Of a DNA stretch of 64,000 bases, positions 1-13,440 are shown piece after piece. Origin of the DNA: Camelus ferus (Eukaryota). The notes beneath the pieces were generated by a model that had not been told where the DNA came from, did not search any database, and saw only the letters and a list, made by a program, of their open reading frames with translations. Each line of letters begins with the position of its first letter. Position 1 is the first letter of the stretch. A program made the position numbers and the translations under genes. The stretch covers positions 4,030,001-4,094,000 of the forward strand of contig NC_045708.1 in the NCBI RefSeq assembly GCF_009834535.1, written 5' to 3'.

Positions 1-3000
1 GCCCCCTCGGAGCCCCCACCAAGGGGATGGGCCAGCCGTCTGGGGACGGCAGAGGCCCGGAAAAGAGTCCGATTGTTTCATGATCTCTTTGCTAAGATAA
101 GTTTTCAGAGGAGAAAAATGTGCTGCCCCAGGAGCAATTCCAGCCCCCTACCCCTGACCTCTGTCCCCAGCCCCCAGCCCCAGCTGATCCCTACAGGATT
201 TCTCAATGAGGAGTGGAAGTACCCACAGGGTGCTATGGGATGACCCCCAGAGCTGCCTGACTCGGCCCCCTCCCCAGAAAGCACAGGGCCTGTCCCCGGA
301 TCCACTGAGCAGAAGCCGGGAGGAGGCCTCCCAAGGGTCAGAGGGCAGGAGCTGTGGGCCAGGCCTTAGCCTAGGCTGCCAGTGAGGCCCAGAATCTGCC
401 CTCTGGGCTCTCATGAAGGGCCTCCCCTCCCTGGGCCGGCCAAGCTTCACCAGGCTGCCCATCCACCCCTGTCTCCCTCCTCAGACTGTGTCACCTACAC
501 CCATGGCGGCGCCAGGCACAGAGCCCTGGGCAGGCCAGAGCCATCTTCATGGAGCTCACAGCCCCCTGCACAGTGGGCACGGGGTGGGTGGGGGCAGGGA
601 GGTTGGATCGGGCAGGGCGTGGAGGAGCTGGGGGGTGCAGAGCCACTCACGGAAAGAACCAGGAGAAGAATGAACAACAGCTACGCAGAAAAATGAAAGT
701 CATCAGTCAAATTATTCCTGAGCCTCTGGAAAAATGGCAAATTTGTATCTATTTGGAAAATAAAACTAAAAGGCACGGCCTCCTTTCCGTGGAGAGACCT
801 CTGCCCTCTCATACCCAGGAAAGCAGCGTCTTCCTGGTTGTTCTGGTTCTCCCCAGGGAGGTGGGATTACCCCACAGCACAGATGAGGAACCTGGGGCTC
901 AGCTACTAAGAAGCAGGACTGGAATCCGACCCCAGGACTGCTTGGCTTCAAAGCCAACACTGGGGCCTTCAAAGTCATCAGAGGGAGAAGGCCGGGTGGT
1001 CGGAGGGCAGCGGGGTGGCCCTGTGGACATCCAGACTGGACAGGGCAGGACATCGTGCTTGGCCTCCCAGCCAGCCTCTGCCGTGTTGCCCAGCCTCCCA
1101 ACCTTCCAGGGTCCGAAGGAGCTAGTCTGAGTGGGGACAGAGCTGGCCGCCCCCACACCCACCCCCACCCCCGACCAGATGCCTGGCAACAGACAGGCAC
1201 GAGGCCCAGGCAGGGGGAGCTGGCAGCAGACGGCTCTACTTTCCAGGGGGTCACCCCAGGGCTGTGGCGGGTGGGGGTGGTAGGGGTAGCCGTCCAGGCA
1301 GCCTGCACACCCCCAGCTGAGGGCTGAGGTGCCAAGAGGCAGCTCAAGTAATTCAAACCAGATGCCAGCCTGCCTGCCACCCTCCTCCCCAATCCCCAGC
1401 CCGGGGCCAGGGCCAGACAAATGCAGGCCCCTTGGTCCTTGATCACTGGCACCCACTTAGTCTGGGCCCACACAAGGGTAGGGGGGCTCTCTGGCTCGTG
1501 TTTACAGGCAAGTGGCCAACATGGGGTGTCAGCCGAGCTTGGGGGGTGAGATGATCTGTCCCTGGCAGCCATGGCTGTTCTCAGTGCCCACCCAGAAGAG
1601 GCCAGGGCTGCAGAGTGGGGAGTGGTCCCCGAGCAGTTACCCAGGCCAGACCCCTCTGCATCTGGGCCTGGAGGGGCTACACTCGGTTATGGTTTCAGAG
1701 CAGAGAGCCCCAAAGCTGCCCCGCCTGGGGGTTGAGGGGAGAATTCTTCCTGCTCTCAGCTTTGGGGCAAACACAAGGAGCCCCCACTCCCCTGCACGCA
1801 CCCACCTGCAGAGGCCCCACTGAGGGGCTGTTTGTGCTCAGGCCCAGGATGCTGTAGAGAAGACGAGGCCTGGCTGTGCCCCTCCCCCTGCCCCTGCATC
1901 CTCCTCCCAGAGGCTCTCTCTGTCCCCAAATGTGCCTTCTGCTTCCCACCTCCCTGCCTTGGCTCATGCCAGTCCTGCTACCTGGTGTCCTCCAGCTCCC
2001 ATGGAGACTCGCCCACACTCCCCCTGTCCAGGCTAGAGGCCCCCATCCCTGGCCTTGCCTCCATCTTCCCTGTGCAGGAGAGCATGAGGCAGCCCGGGGG
2101 ATCTGGGCAGGCCCACCCAGGTAGGCAAAGGGGCCCCCACAGTGTCCTGGGGCCAGCCCCCACTACCATGAGGCAGCCGGTGTCAAAGGCAGGTGGACAC
2201 ACCCGGGCCTTTTCCCTGGGTCTGGGGGAAACCAGGAAGCTAGATGGCTCATGACACTGCTTACAAATGTGGGGAAGGGGTTCTCCATCACCTCTGGGAG
2301 ATCTCGTGGGGTGCCACGTCTGTCTTGTATGCAGCTGTGTTCCCACTCCCAGACGGGCAAAGTGATGACGGTTACTTTGGGCCAGATGCCATGCTGAGCA
2401 CTGTTCATCCATTATATCCTTTAAGCCTCATGTCTGCCCCATGAGGCCAGTGGGAGCACCCCACGATAGGGACAGGGATGGAGAAGCGGAGGCCAGGGGC
2501 CACGTACTTTCCCAGGGCCACACAGAGCAGGAAGGGGGCAAACTGGGGGGGAACTCCAGAGCCGTGCTCTCACTGCTTGGCTCTGTGGGCCACATTGTTT
2601 GGCCCTTGATGGCACCATCACTGCAGGGTACAGACGGGGGACCCAGGGCCCAGAGGGAGGTAGGGCAGCCCCAAGTTGGAAGCCTGTCCTCCCACAGTCT
2701 AAGGCCCCACGTCTCCTGCCTCGATCCTCCTGGAACCTCGTGACCCCGGGACAGGGGAGCAAGGAGACCAATGGCTTGTGCCCTCCTCTGGGCGTGCCCC
2801 TCGGGGCTGGGGGCTGGGAGCTGTGGCCCCAGGCAGGTAGACCCCAGAATTTTGCCACTTGTCCCCACTGACATCAGGTCCCACTGACCGGGGGCCAGGA
2901 CTGAGACAGGCAGAGGGACAGGAAGCGGGAGACCTGAGGCTGCTTTATCCAGTGCCTGGCAATGGCCTTGGACGTGGGGAGGGGATCGATCCCTCTGCAA

Positions 3001-5619
3001 ACCACAGCTGTTTCCTTGAGAGCAAAAGTGCTGCGTGAGAGCCTGAACAGGAGGCCAGAGAGGCCTGCTGAGTAAGGGGCTGAAAGAGGAAGAGGAGCAG
3101 GTGATCCAAGCCAGCCATCAACTCTGGACACCAGCCACCTCCCAGCGAGCCACAGCCGACAGAAACCTTGGCCCTGTGGGGAAACTTCCCTTCCAGTGTT
3201 CACAGACCAGGGCCTTTAGATGCCCCTTCTGCCTTCTGCCCTGGCTGACTCCTGCCCCACCAGTCTGGGCCCTACGGCTCCCTGAGGGCAGCTCCCTAAG
3301 GTCCAGGGTCCTCCTCTGCCTTTCTCGCTGGGTATCCCTGAGCATGACACTTCCTGAAGCCTCGGATCCCACATCTGTGAAATGGGGTAAGGAGAGAGGG
3401 CCCCACTGCGTTATCTCCAAAAGATTCTGCTCACATGGTGCTAAGCAGAGAGCAAGGGCTTCCCCACAGGGATCAAGACCTTGGGGGGGTCCCTGCATTC
3501 CATCAGGCAAGGCCCTCCATGACCCTCTGTGGTACCCTGAGCCCCCCAGGAGCAAGTGACCACATCTTTCCTCCACCTTCCAGCACTTGAGGAGGCCTGT
3601 CTGGACCCCCAGGGCAGCCTGGGATCTATAGGGGTAGGGGTGTGGGCCAGGAATGGAGCTGACACTGCCGGCCGTGCCCAGTACCAGCTGCACCGCTTGC
3701 GTGAGAAGCAGCCTAGCGGGCTGTGCTGGGCTGAAGTGCTCCCAGGTCGGCCGGCAGGGCCTGTTAGGAATTACGTCTGGCCAGCAAGCCAGAGGCGTTA
3801 TATAACGCAGCGCTGGGAGGGCACTAGCCATCTCCCAGCCCCCCAGCCCCCAGCTCCCCAGCCTCTGCCCCATTGGCCAAGCCTGAGAGGAGGTGTGTCC
3901 CACTAACCGCCTCTCCCCCTACACAACCCACCAGACCGCCAGCTCCAGGTAAGGAGAAGAATCTGCTCTCACCGGCCAGAGGCACAGGCCAAGGACCCTC
4001 CAGGACCACAGCCTGCTCGTGGCCCATGGTGGGGGCCTGGGGTGGGGTGAAGGCCATCCCCTGGCTAGCAGGCAGGCAGTGCACCTGGGGCTGGCCCTTG
4101 CAGGAAGGATGAACAGTGGGGCCTGGTATGGAGTATCAGAGACCACCCCCGACCCACTCCCATCACAAAGTAAACCATCCTGAAGGCTGGACACCAGATC
4201 TGAAGCCTCAGCCACCTGCAGGTCCATCAGTTTGGAAGGTGCTGGTGGAAACCTGGCTGACAGCCAGCCTGACCCTTAAGCCTCAGCCAGGCCCCTGCCC
4301 CAGGTCTTCTCCCCAGACACCTCCTCACAGCGCATGGCTGCTGTGGCTCACCAGCCCCTGGAAAATGCTGCGTGCACCATGCCAGAGGGCTGGCACAGGG
4401 TGGGCCTCCCCCCATCCCAAAGGGCCCACACAGCCCCTTCTCAAACCCGCAAGAGCTCCAGGGGCTGGGACCGAGATACGTGAGATGTCCAGGCATGGCA
4501 GCGCCCCCAGACGGGGTCTGCGGAGCCCAGGGAGGAGGCGGGCAGAGCCCCGCCGGGGCTTTCTGCTCCATCCCCAGAGTGGGCCCTGCGGGGGCGCTCC
4601 TCTGCCGCGCGGCACAGTCGGGCTGTCCCGGCACTCCCTCCCGGTGCGGTTGTGTGTGTGCTGCCACCACAGCCTGGGCAGAGTTCCGCCAGCAGGGAGC
4701 CCCATGCCAGGCCCGGAAGGGGCTGGGCCCCGGCGGCCTGGCCAGGAGCCTGTGCTGTTTTCGCCCAGGTGCTCCAACACGAACTCCTCAGAAGCAGAGG
4801 TTCCTGCTCAGCCAGGGACCCTGTGGCAGTCCTTGTCCTCCAGCTGCCAGCTGGGCACACAGCAGGGACACCGACATCTGACAAGTTCCCCTGTGTACCA
4901 GGCCCTGGACGCAGAGCCTCCTAGGTGGGTCTCCTTTAAGCTGCCTGATGAGCCCGTCACTGTGTTACTTCCACCCCCATTGTACAGAGCAGGGAGCTGA
5001 GGCTCGGAGGGGCCCAGAGACCTGCCCAGGGCAGCCAGGAAGCGGGTGGGGGCTACCGCCAGGGTCACCTCACCCCCACCAGCACCTGTGCCACCCTTTG
5101 TTCCCGCTGTGGCCGAGATATTCAAGTTCCATGGGCCTCCAGGGTCCAGTCAGTAAACAGCCCCTCCTGCCCATCGCTGCTGGCACCCTGAGCTGAGCCC
5201 AAGGCTCAGGGGCCCCTCCCTTCCCCTGATGCACCCCTGCTTGGGAACTCTGGGGGCCCTTCAGGCTTGGATAAGCCTCGCTGACCTTTGAGCCCACTCA
5301 TAACAGGCCTTGAAGAAAACGGGCCTCTTCCTGGGCCCCCATGAGCATGTGGGAGGGGGGCAGCCAGACAACAGTCCCCTCAGAACAACTCCCCGGAGGC
5401 AATGGGGTGGGAGTTCTACTCACGTCCAGCTTCTGGCCTGACCATCGTCACCCACCCATCTACCTACTGCAGCATGGGGACAAGCACACCCTGGGGCGGC
5501 CTGGCCATGGACCAGCCACCCACGCCATTCTGAACTCTGCTTCTAGAATGCTGTGGCCCCAGCTCAGGCCACCACTACCTTGTCTGAGCCCCCTGTCTCC
5601 AGAATGCAGCCTGACACCT

Positions 5620-5765
5620 GCATCCTGGCATCAGATGCCAGCTCTTGCTGGCTGTGTGGCCTTGGGCAAGTTGCTTAGCCTCTCTGGACCTCAGTGCCCT
5701 TATCTACCCAGTGAGGACACTCACAGTACTGCATCACAGGGTTGCTGTGGGGATTAAAAGACTCA
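5620..5765 (+). mobile_element. MIR SINE (other MIR remnants at ~18350-18570, 19060-19260, 21000-21200, 28470-28620, 29230-29470, 51930-52020, 55330-55450, 56050-56130)
   Basis: GCTGTGTGGCCTTGGGCAAGTTGCTTAGCCTCTCTGGACCTCAGT core of MIR. Confidence 0.7.
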
Positions 5766-7158
5766 GCCCAAAAGAGTGGCCTCCACACACAGGATCTGCT
5801 CCTGGCAGGGGCTCTGTGGACAGTGGCTGACAATCATCACAAGAATACAATGCAAATCTGAAAAGATCCCTGCTCTGATTGAAAACCCGCTCCCTATCAC
5901 CTGGGGAGCAAGGCCATCCCCAGCCCAGCAGGGCCGCTCAGCCCCTACCAGACCTGCCCCAACATGCTGCTCCTGGGGGGACCGAGGGTGCTGTCGTACA
6001 GCCGAGGAGCCAGGCTGCCTTTTGGTCCTGCCTCTCCTGCAGGTGACCACACTGAAATGGTGCCATCTGGATCCCCCTGGGCTGGGAGCCCCTTGAATGC
6101 AGGGCCCAGGCCCAGTTCCTCCCAGAGCAGGTGCCAGGGGAATGCTGGTTGACTTGAACTTGGATCAGTTCATAACCAACCATCTCTCAGGGCTGACTTC
6201 CGAATACCTCAAAACTCAGTCCAGTCAAGGTGGCAGGGCTCCCTGGTCTCCAAGGAGGATCCCAGCTCAGAGGACAGCCCACAGGTCTGAACATCCAGCC
6301 TGGGGTCAGATCTAGCCACCCCCTGGGAGGAGCTGAGACCCCAGCTAGAGCCAGGCACTCTGTCAGCTGGGGTGCTGGGGTTTTCCTACCCTGGGGAGGG
6401 GAAGAGGAGGAGATGGAGGCCTGCCTGTATCCCCAGGGCTGTCTGTGGCTGAGGCAGGATGGCCACATTCCAGTCTCACTGCCAGCTGCTGGCCACTGCA
6501 GACGTTTAAACCTGGCCAGACAGACTGAGGTCCTCTTGAGGGCCAAGTCTGTCCAAGGAACAAAAGCTTCTGAGCCAGTATCCTGACCACAGAAAAGACT
6601 GGCCAGACTTTCAGGACAGCTGGGATTTCAAAATATCTAACCCATTGTTGGAACACCGATCCCAGTGGTTGGAAACTATCGTTAACTGGCCCCTTGGACA
6701 TCCTCAGCAGAGACCCAGGTTGCCTGGGACAGGTCTTGTCTCCCTGTTGGCCCACGGAGGCCAAAGATCCCTCCTCCCCCCAAGCTCAGGGTCCAGGTCC
6801 AGCCTACAGAGGCAGTTTCTGGGCAGGGCAGCTTAGCCTGTCATGACTTTGTAGTGGATGCTAGTGCTCAAGAGCCTCTAATATGGGCCTGGAGAGGTTC
6901 TGCCTCAGTCCTATTCATTTGTATCTCAAGAAAAATAGAGCAGCTAATGGATGGAGAGTGACTGGGTGTGTGTGTGCACGCATGCACAGACATGCCCATT
7001 ATTTTAGATAATCCTCTCCAAGGAAAATGACTTTGAGTACTCAGAGACTGGAATGATGTGAGGGAGCTAGCCATGCAGATATCTGAGGAGGAGCATCTTA
7101 GGCTGAGAGAACAGCAAGTGCAAAGTTCCTGGGGTAGGGGCATATATTATGTTTGAGT

Positions 7159-7255
7159 TAAGGTGACCAACTGATCCAGTTTGCCTCCCCTGGACTAAGA
7201 GGATTCCCAGGACACAAGATTTCAGTTTTAAAACCAGAATAAGTTGGTCACCCTG
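7159..7255. mobile_element. Non-autonomous hAT-Tip100-like MITE (MER96-like) nested in an L2 remnant
   Basis: Terminal inverted repeats A(A/G)GGTGACCAACT ... AGTTGGTCACCCT (12/13 match). Confidence 0.65.
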
Positions 7256-7449
7256 CCAAGGGAACTTCAATGAGGCAAGTGTGGCTGGATCAGGGAAAGC
7301 AAGGGGAGGAGGTAAAGTCAGAGAAGTGACAGGGTGTCAGGTCCTATGAGGGCCTGTGAGGACCTTGCCTTTTATTCTGAGGGAGACAGGAACTACTGGA
7401 GTTTTTTTTAACAGAGGAGGAACATGATCTGACTTTAAAAACACACCAT

Positions 7450-9060
7450 GGTTTTGGAAACAACAGCTTCAAAGAAACAATGTACTAAATGCTCTGAATG
7501 TTTAGGTCCTTCAGTGGGACTCTGCTTCCTACGATGGTGAACTGGGTAAATCAGACCAACCTTCCCACTTGAGACAACCAAAAAAGCTGGATGAAAAAGT
7601 TATTTTTTAATCTTTAAAACATCAAACCAGACAATACACAATACAGGAGGATCTAGGGAGGTAAAAGGATGGTTTTGCTCTCAGGGGTGTTTATGCATTC
7701 TGAAGAAAGAGGTGAGTGATAGCTTCACTTTTAATAGCTTTATGGAGCTAGGGGGGAAAGCTCAAAGTCCAGGGAACCTCAGACCTGAATTTGGAATGAG
7801 CTCATCCCAGACTGGTTGTGTCTCCCGGCATATGGCAGAAGCACAGGAAGATCCTCTATCATCTAAGGCCTCAAGTTTTTCTTGCAAATAATTTTTAAAA
7901 TACAATGTCCAACACACATTCAAAGATAACTAGGCACACAAGTAACTAAGACCCCATGTCTGAAAACCAACAGAAACAGACCCACAAAAACTTAAGGTGC
8001 TGGAATTATCAGACACCAACTCAAACAGCACCTCATCTGAGCACCACAAAACCCTGGGTGGTAGACACTGCTGTTGTCGCCACTTTAACGATAATGAAAT
8101 TGAAGCTCAGAAGGCTAGTGACTTGCTTACACTCACCCAGCTAGTAAGTAGGAGAGCTGTGATTCAATACTGGTCAGTTGCTTCTGTAATCTGTGCCGCT
8201 AAAAACTTACCGCACGAGAGGGTTCTTAGAAGGACTGTGGAGTGCCCTCGGTGCCCCCGACCCTCGGAAGTTCTAGATGCACGATGTCAGAGCCTGCAGC
8301 TGCCCTCGCACCTCGGCCAAGAGCCACAGCGTTCCAGGAATGGGAGTGGACAAAAAAGAGACATGCCCGGAGACCATGTAAGGGGACACCTGCCCAGCCA
8401 CCCACCCTCTCCTGTCTGGAGCAGACTCATGGAAGATGATAACCAGACATAGAAAGTACACGAAGGACCAACATACTCTGCTGATGGGGGAATAAGTGGC
8501 TTTCTGGATGACCATCTGGAAATAGCTATTAAAATGCAAAATGCCCAGCCCTTTCCACCCAGCAATTCCGCTTCCAGAAATTTATTCTACAGATATTCTT
8601 TCACAAGGCTGCAGAGATACCGGTATAAGGATATTTACTATCGCATTATTTACAAGAGCAAAAAACTGGAAACAACCCCCAAAGGTCCACTCATAAAGGG
8701 CTAGTTTAAAAATTATATCCATACATATCATGAAGCCACTAAAAAAAAATGAAGTAGACTGTTATGTATTGGCACTTAATCTCCAAAATAAAGTGTTAAT
8801 TGGGAAAAACAACTGCAAAAATGCATATTTTCTTTCATTTCAACATTTTTACATATACACGTATATGTAGGTAAGTGCACGTGTGTGTATATTCATAGAA
8901 AAAGTCTGAAATACAACTGGAAATATCTTCATCATTTATGTACCGTGAGAAATTTATAGTGCAGATGTATTACTTGTATAAGCAGAACAAAGTATACACA
9001 CATGCATATATGTATGTGCATAAGTGTATATATTTTTATTTATTTATATGCTAATTTAAA
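7450..9060 (+). mobile_element. Old L1ME/L1M fragments (5' region ~7450-8030; 3' region ~8530-9060)
   Basis: Degenerate L1M motifs such as CCCAGCAATTCCGCTTCCAGAAATTTAT and AAAACTGGAAACAACC. Confidence 0.6.
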
Positions 9061-9193
9061 GGTATTAAATGACCACCTTTCTTGTGCATTATTGCAATAG
9101 CCTCCTGATTCTTTGGCTCTATTTATCTGCCATGCTCTCTTCCTCAAACGCTCCCAAATCCACTCTCCAAACTTCTATCAAAAAGGATTTTCT

Positions 9194-9349
9194 GGGGAGA
9201 GGGTGTATGTAGCTCAGTGGTAGAGTGCACGTTTAGCATGCACGAGGTCCTGGGTTCAATCCCCAGTACATTCATTAAAATAAGAAACAAATAAAGTAAA
9301 TAAACCTAATGCTTTCCCCCAGAAGAACAAACCAAAAAAAATTTTTTTA
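9194..9349 (+). mobile_element. tRNA-Ala-derived camelid SINE (probably vic-1 type)
   Basis: A/B-box head TAGCTCAGTGG...GGTTCAATCC, AT-rich tail, target-site duplication AAAAGGATTTTCT at 9181-9193 and 9351-9363. Confidence 0.9.
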
Positions 9350-9870
9350 AAAAAGGATTTTCTTAAAATGCAAGTTAGAAAATGCTACCTACCCTGCTAA
9401 AAATGCTTAAATGCTCATTGCCCAAGGATGAGATCTTTCTTCTGTAAGATGCTCTCCCATCCTCTCTGTGGTTTGACGCTGTACCATCTGTGTACAGCTC
9501 CCCTTTCTCATGGCACCCGCCGCACCCAGCCATCCCTCAGTCATCCCAGCCAACCCTACAACCCTGCAGAGGCCTGTCTGGGCGCTAGGAGGAACTTTCC
9601 GTGGCTCGCTGTCTGCTTCTTAAATCTGTCTTGGGCCAGCCACGGGGTGGGGGCTCGCAGGGCAGATGAAGGCTGGAATAAGGGCTCTGATCTGAACACT
9701 GAGAGGTCAGTGGCCAACACACCCCCAGGCTGTTCCTCTCTGGCCAGGAATAGGACATTTCCCGGGTCAGGCCTCTGACTCTGGGGTGCTGGGAGGCTGT
9801 TTGAGTCTATGCACACCATTCCTCTGCCACCGCCAAAATGCGTCATCGCCCATATCAAAGTGAACTTAGC

Positions 9871-9990
9871 GGGGAGGGCATAGCTCGAGTGATAGTGTGC
9901 ATGCTTAGCCAACACAAGGTCCTGGGTTCAATCCCCAGGATCCCCTCTAAAAGAATAAGTAAACCTAACTGTCTCCCTCCACCCAAAAAA
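9871..9990 (+). mobile_element. tRNA-Ala-derived SINE
   Basis: Same head and AAACCTAA tail as the other copies; more diverged, no clear TSD. Confidence 0.85.
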
Positions 9991-10562
9991 GCAAACTTGA
10001 ACATGTTGATGGTTTAGGAGGGATTTCATGGCCCTTCTGGAGAAAGCTACAAAGGCACAGTTGGGAACCTGCCCCAGATAGTCCTGGCAATGGGGACACA
10101 ACTTCAATGCACAGAACTGATGGCCTGAAGGTCTGGGCGCACCTTGCCCACCCACCTTCCATCTCACAAGAGAGGAAGCAAGAGAGCCTTCCACCATCAG
10201 AGCCACCCCTGCGGCAGCTGCCCGGGAAGCAGCTCTTCACATGGGACCCTGCTCCTTCTCTCAGGGGCTGGGCGGCTGAAACCGAAAGCAACCCCTCCTC
10301 TGCTCCCTCAGAAGACAGGACGCGGTCAGCACCTAAATCAGAGCTAATGGCCATCGGTTGTTGGGTGACCCTTGCGTTCTACAATCTCAACTCATTAAGT
10401 CACCCATGAAGGACAAAACGTGCCCCACCTGCAGGAGGGGTTCCTAAAGGGCCCAGCAAGTGTGGGGTCAGAGTGGCCCCCTCAAGACCCACATGGTCTC
10501 CTCTTCTCACTCTGTGTCGCTAATCCTCATTTCTGGAAGCAAGAGGAAGAAAACGTACTCAC

Positions 10563-10629
10563 CGGCTCCCGGACGAAGGCCGAGCCAGCTGCGAGGTGGA
10601 GACCCGTACTTTGTCAGGACTGAGCTCAT
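10563..10629 (-). CDS. PLEKHG5: PLEKHG5 (RhoGEF) distal first coding exon of the long isoform; downstream exons lie left of the window, so 1-10562 is intron
   Basis: ATG at 10629 gives MSSVLTKYGSPPRSWLGLRPGA, then a phase-1 donor G|GTGAGT at 10562. This matches the recalled human long-isoform N-terminus MNSVLTKHGSPPRSWLSLCSGT and the expected position 3' of NOL9. Candidate acceptor TTTTCTGTGCAG| at 10776. The next exon (DDQSPAEKK...) was not found in the window. Confidence 0.85.
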
Positions 10630-11214
10630 GCTTGACCTCTGGGGTGGTGGCGCTGTGCCTGGCCCTGGAGCCACGTGCTAGCCCCCGTCCCCGTCCCTCT
10701 CTGCCCAGCTGCAGTCCCAGCACTGGAGGGCTTCTCCCAGACCCAGCCTCTGTCGTAATTTCTCCAGCTGAATCGTCTGCACAGAAAACCACCAAGCTCT
10801 CAGCCCTGCCAATTCGCTTCTCCTCCGGCACAGGCCCCCCGAGCGCTGTGTATTTTAACGTATGGACTCCGTGGCCGTGGTTCGCACTGTTTCCTTGCCG
10901 GTGGTTTTCTCCCCTTGGATTTTCCATTCCCAAGTACCCATATGCTCCCTGGAACACACTTCGCACACTGCTGGCTGCCTTGGCGGGTGCCTGCCCCTCT
11001 CCTTTCCCGGAAAGTAGTGCCACGAAGCCCCTCGTCTCTGCAATTCCAGCAGCCAGCAGCAGCTCTGGCTGGACTCTGGTGAGGAGGAAGGCCTGCAAGT
11101 TGGGTGGCTTCTCCCTGCCCAGCAGACCTTCGCAGCCCAGAGACCTACCAAGTTCCAAAGTATTAGAAAAACCCAGGCCACAGTCTGTTGAACGCCACGG
11201 CGGCATCAGGTCCG

Positions 11215-11228
11215 GTCGTCATGGCAAC
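11215..11228. promoter_or_regulatory. RFX X-box at the presumptive distal PLEKHG5 promoter
   Basis: GTCGTCATGGCAAC matches GTHNYYATRRNAAC exactly, ~590 bp upstream of the PLEKHG5 ATG. Confidence 0.5.
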
Positions 11229-11774
11229 CCTTGGCTTCCCAGCCCAACACACTGTCTGCCGGCTCGGCTGTTTGCTGATTCCCGAGACTGCTTACTCAGC
11301 TCCCGGGATCTCCAGATTGGACCTGCTGCCCCACGACTCCAAGTGCAGCTCCTTTCAGACTGCTCCCCGACCCCGTGGCCCACCCTCTGCCCCATTCTTT
11401 TCCTGGCAAAGCCTTGGAAATCTTTAACTTAGCAAAGCCTGTCTGGAGGCCCTCCATCACGTGTCTTCCTCCCCCTCCTGCACAGATGGCCCCCATATTT
11501 ATTTTAGCCACTGTTCAGGCCTGGTTTGTCAGCCAAGTCTCATTCCCTCCGCCAGGCCCTCCCCGGGAGCGAGGGCTGCGGGGCTGAGCGCCCGCTCATG
11601 GAGAGGCAGTTACAGGCAAAGGCCCCTGGCCTGCTGGCTTGCTTGCTTCCTATCTGAACTCTTCTGAGACCAAAATTCTTTTTCCTTCTAACACACTATT
11701 AAAGATAGCCCAGAAAGAATTTAACTTACATACTTGGGCTCAGACAGAAAAGTTAAAATAAATGCCCACTGGAG

Positions 11775-11780
11775 TTTATT
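11775..11780 (-). terminator. Candidate NOL9 distal polyadenylation signal (AATAAA), implying a ~3.2 kb 3' UTR
   Basis: TTTATT on + at 11775-11780, between the NOL9 stop and the PLEKHG5 distal promoter; usage is inferred. Confidence 0.5.
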
Positions 11781-13423
11781 CCACTCGATATTGATGCAGA
11801 AAAGAGGTGCAGGTGCTTGCTGGGGTTTCTGACTTCCCCACTACAACGCCCAGATTTCACTACCCTCTTCCAATGTTTTTGCCGTAATTTCTTCCAAGCA
11901 TTTAAATAATTTCCTGGAATAAAACATGCTATCCATATATGTAACAAAATTACACGATTAAATTCACATTCTCAAAAACATTTAATGATAACAGAAGGTC
12001 ACGTGTTAAGTGAAAAGAGCTGGACAGAAAACCACATGTACAGTGGGACAACAATTCTGTAAAATACACACATGGGTTTTAGAAAAAAGCCAGACGAGAA
12101 AGCATCATACATTAACAGTGATTAAGTGGTGGTGGACTTGAGGACCATTTCCTACATGGGTAAACTGGTCACATAATTTTAAAAGCAGTAAGTGGGGTTT
12201 ATGAGAAACTCCCAGGGGTGAGTAATCAGCAGAAGCCATGGGACCTACCTCTCTGGGGCTTCTGAACAGGACCTGCAGCAGGAAGACTGGTGTTAAGGTA
12301 AATCTGCCCGGAGGCCACGGGTAAGAGGGCTTCAGATGCAAACGTTTAGTTTCTGCATCCTCCCAACGTGACCGTGAGAAATGCAATCGTGGTCCCTGTC
12401 TTCTAGGAGTTTACAGTCTAACCAGAGACGGGCCTCACACTAGGAGTTACTGCTACACCTGCTACAGACGTGCCTCACGTCCTCCTCACGCAGGGACCTC
12501 GTGGGAAGCGGTCATCCCATCTTAAGGAAAGAGGTTCAAGTTAAACACCCTCTTCAAAGCTGCACTGCTAGCCGAGGCCCAGTCCAGATTTGAACTCGGG
12601 AGCTCTAACATCAAAGCCTGCTGCCTTCGTCAGTACATATCCAGATCTAAGGAAAAAACAATCAGACAATTTAAAAACACCGTCCCACATCGCTTGGTCC
12701 CCAGAGATCTGTTGGTCTGTGTGTACTTGTCTGTCACAGGGATCCTGGTGGGGCAGGGGCTCCCTCGGCCCAGCTGGGGGCCTCACCACCCCCACCATCC
12801 TCTCCGGCTGGCCACTTCCACATTTTGATTTCTCAAAAATCATAATCTGAGGCCCCTGAAGGGCCAGCTCAACTACCCCCCTCCCCTTTCTCAAGTCTTC
12901 CGTTTTTATGCTGGGGTCTCAGAGGATACGCTGCTTCCTGCCCACAAGGCCTAATGGGGACAGATGGGGACAGTGGAATTACCTTTGTTCACAAAATAAA
13001 AGAAACCCTAGAAGTTGAGAATCTTTTCATTTTCTTACCCACCTGTCCTATAAATGGATCTAAAGAACTGATTTTAAAGAAACACTAAAAGCAGTGATTA
13101 AGGGTTTTCACGTTCTAAGTCATATATTCCATTAATTTTCTTAAAATAAGCATCGAAAATCACGCATAGACAGGATTAAGAGTTTTTGTTAAGAGTGTCT
13201 CTCTTGCTACCCATTCTGAACCATCACAGACCGGGGGAAACGGCAGAAGCCCAAACCACCGACAGTGATCATCAGACGGCAAACACCCAAGGTGGGTGCG
13301 CTGCTGCCAGTCTGACCAGCACACCCTGGGGTCTGACCATAGCGTCTCTGAACCCTGAGAAAGGCCTGTCCCGGCTCCCCGGCCAACTCCAGCACCCTGT
13401 GGCCATCTGACCAACGGCTGACA

Positions 13424-13440
13424 GCTCCCTCTGGTGGCAA
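13424..13440 (-). promoter_or_regulatory. Candidate CTCF site in the NOL9 3' UTR
   Basis: The minus strand reads TTGCCACCAGAGGGAGC, one mismatch from the CCASYAGRKGGCRS core. Confidence 0.5.

Noticed and set aside
766-5000. Long ORFs in the PLEKHG5 intron (766..1572, 3118..3903, 4116..5000)
   Set aside because: Pro/Gly/Arg/Ala-rich, no recognisable domain, many non-ATG starts and overlapping ORFs in all frames; typical of GC-rich non-coding DNA.
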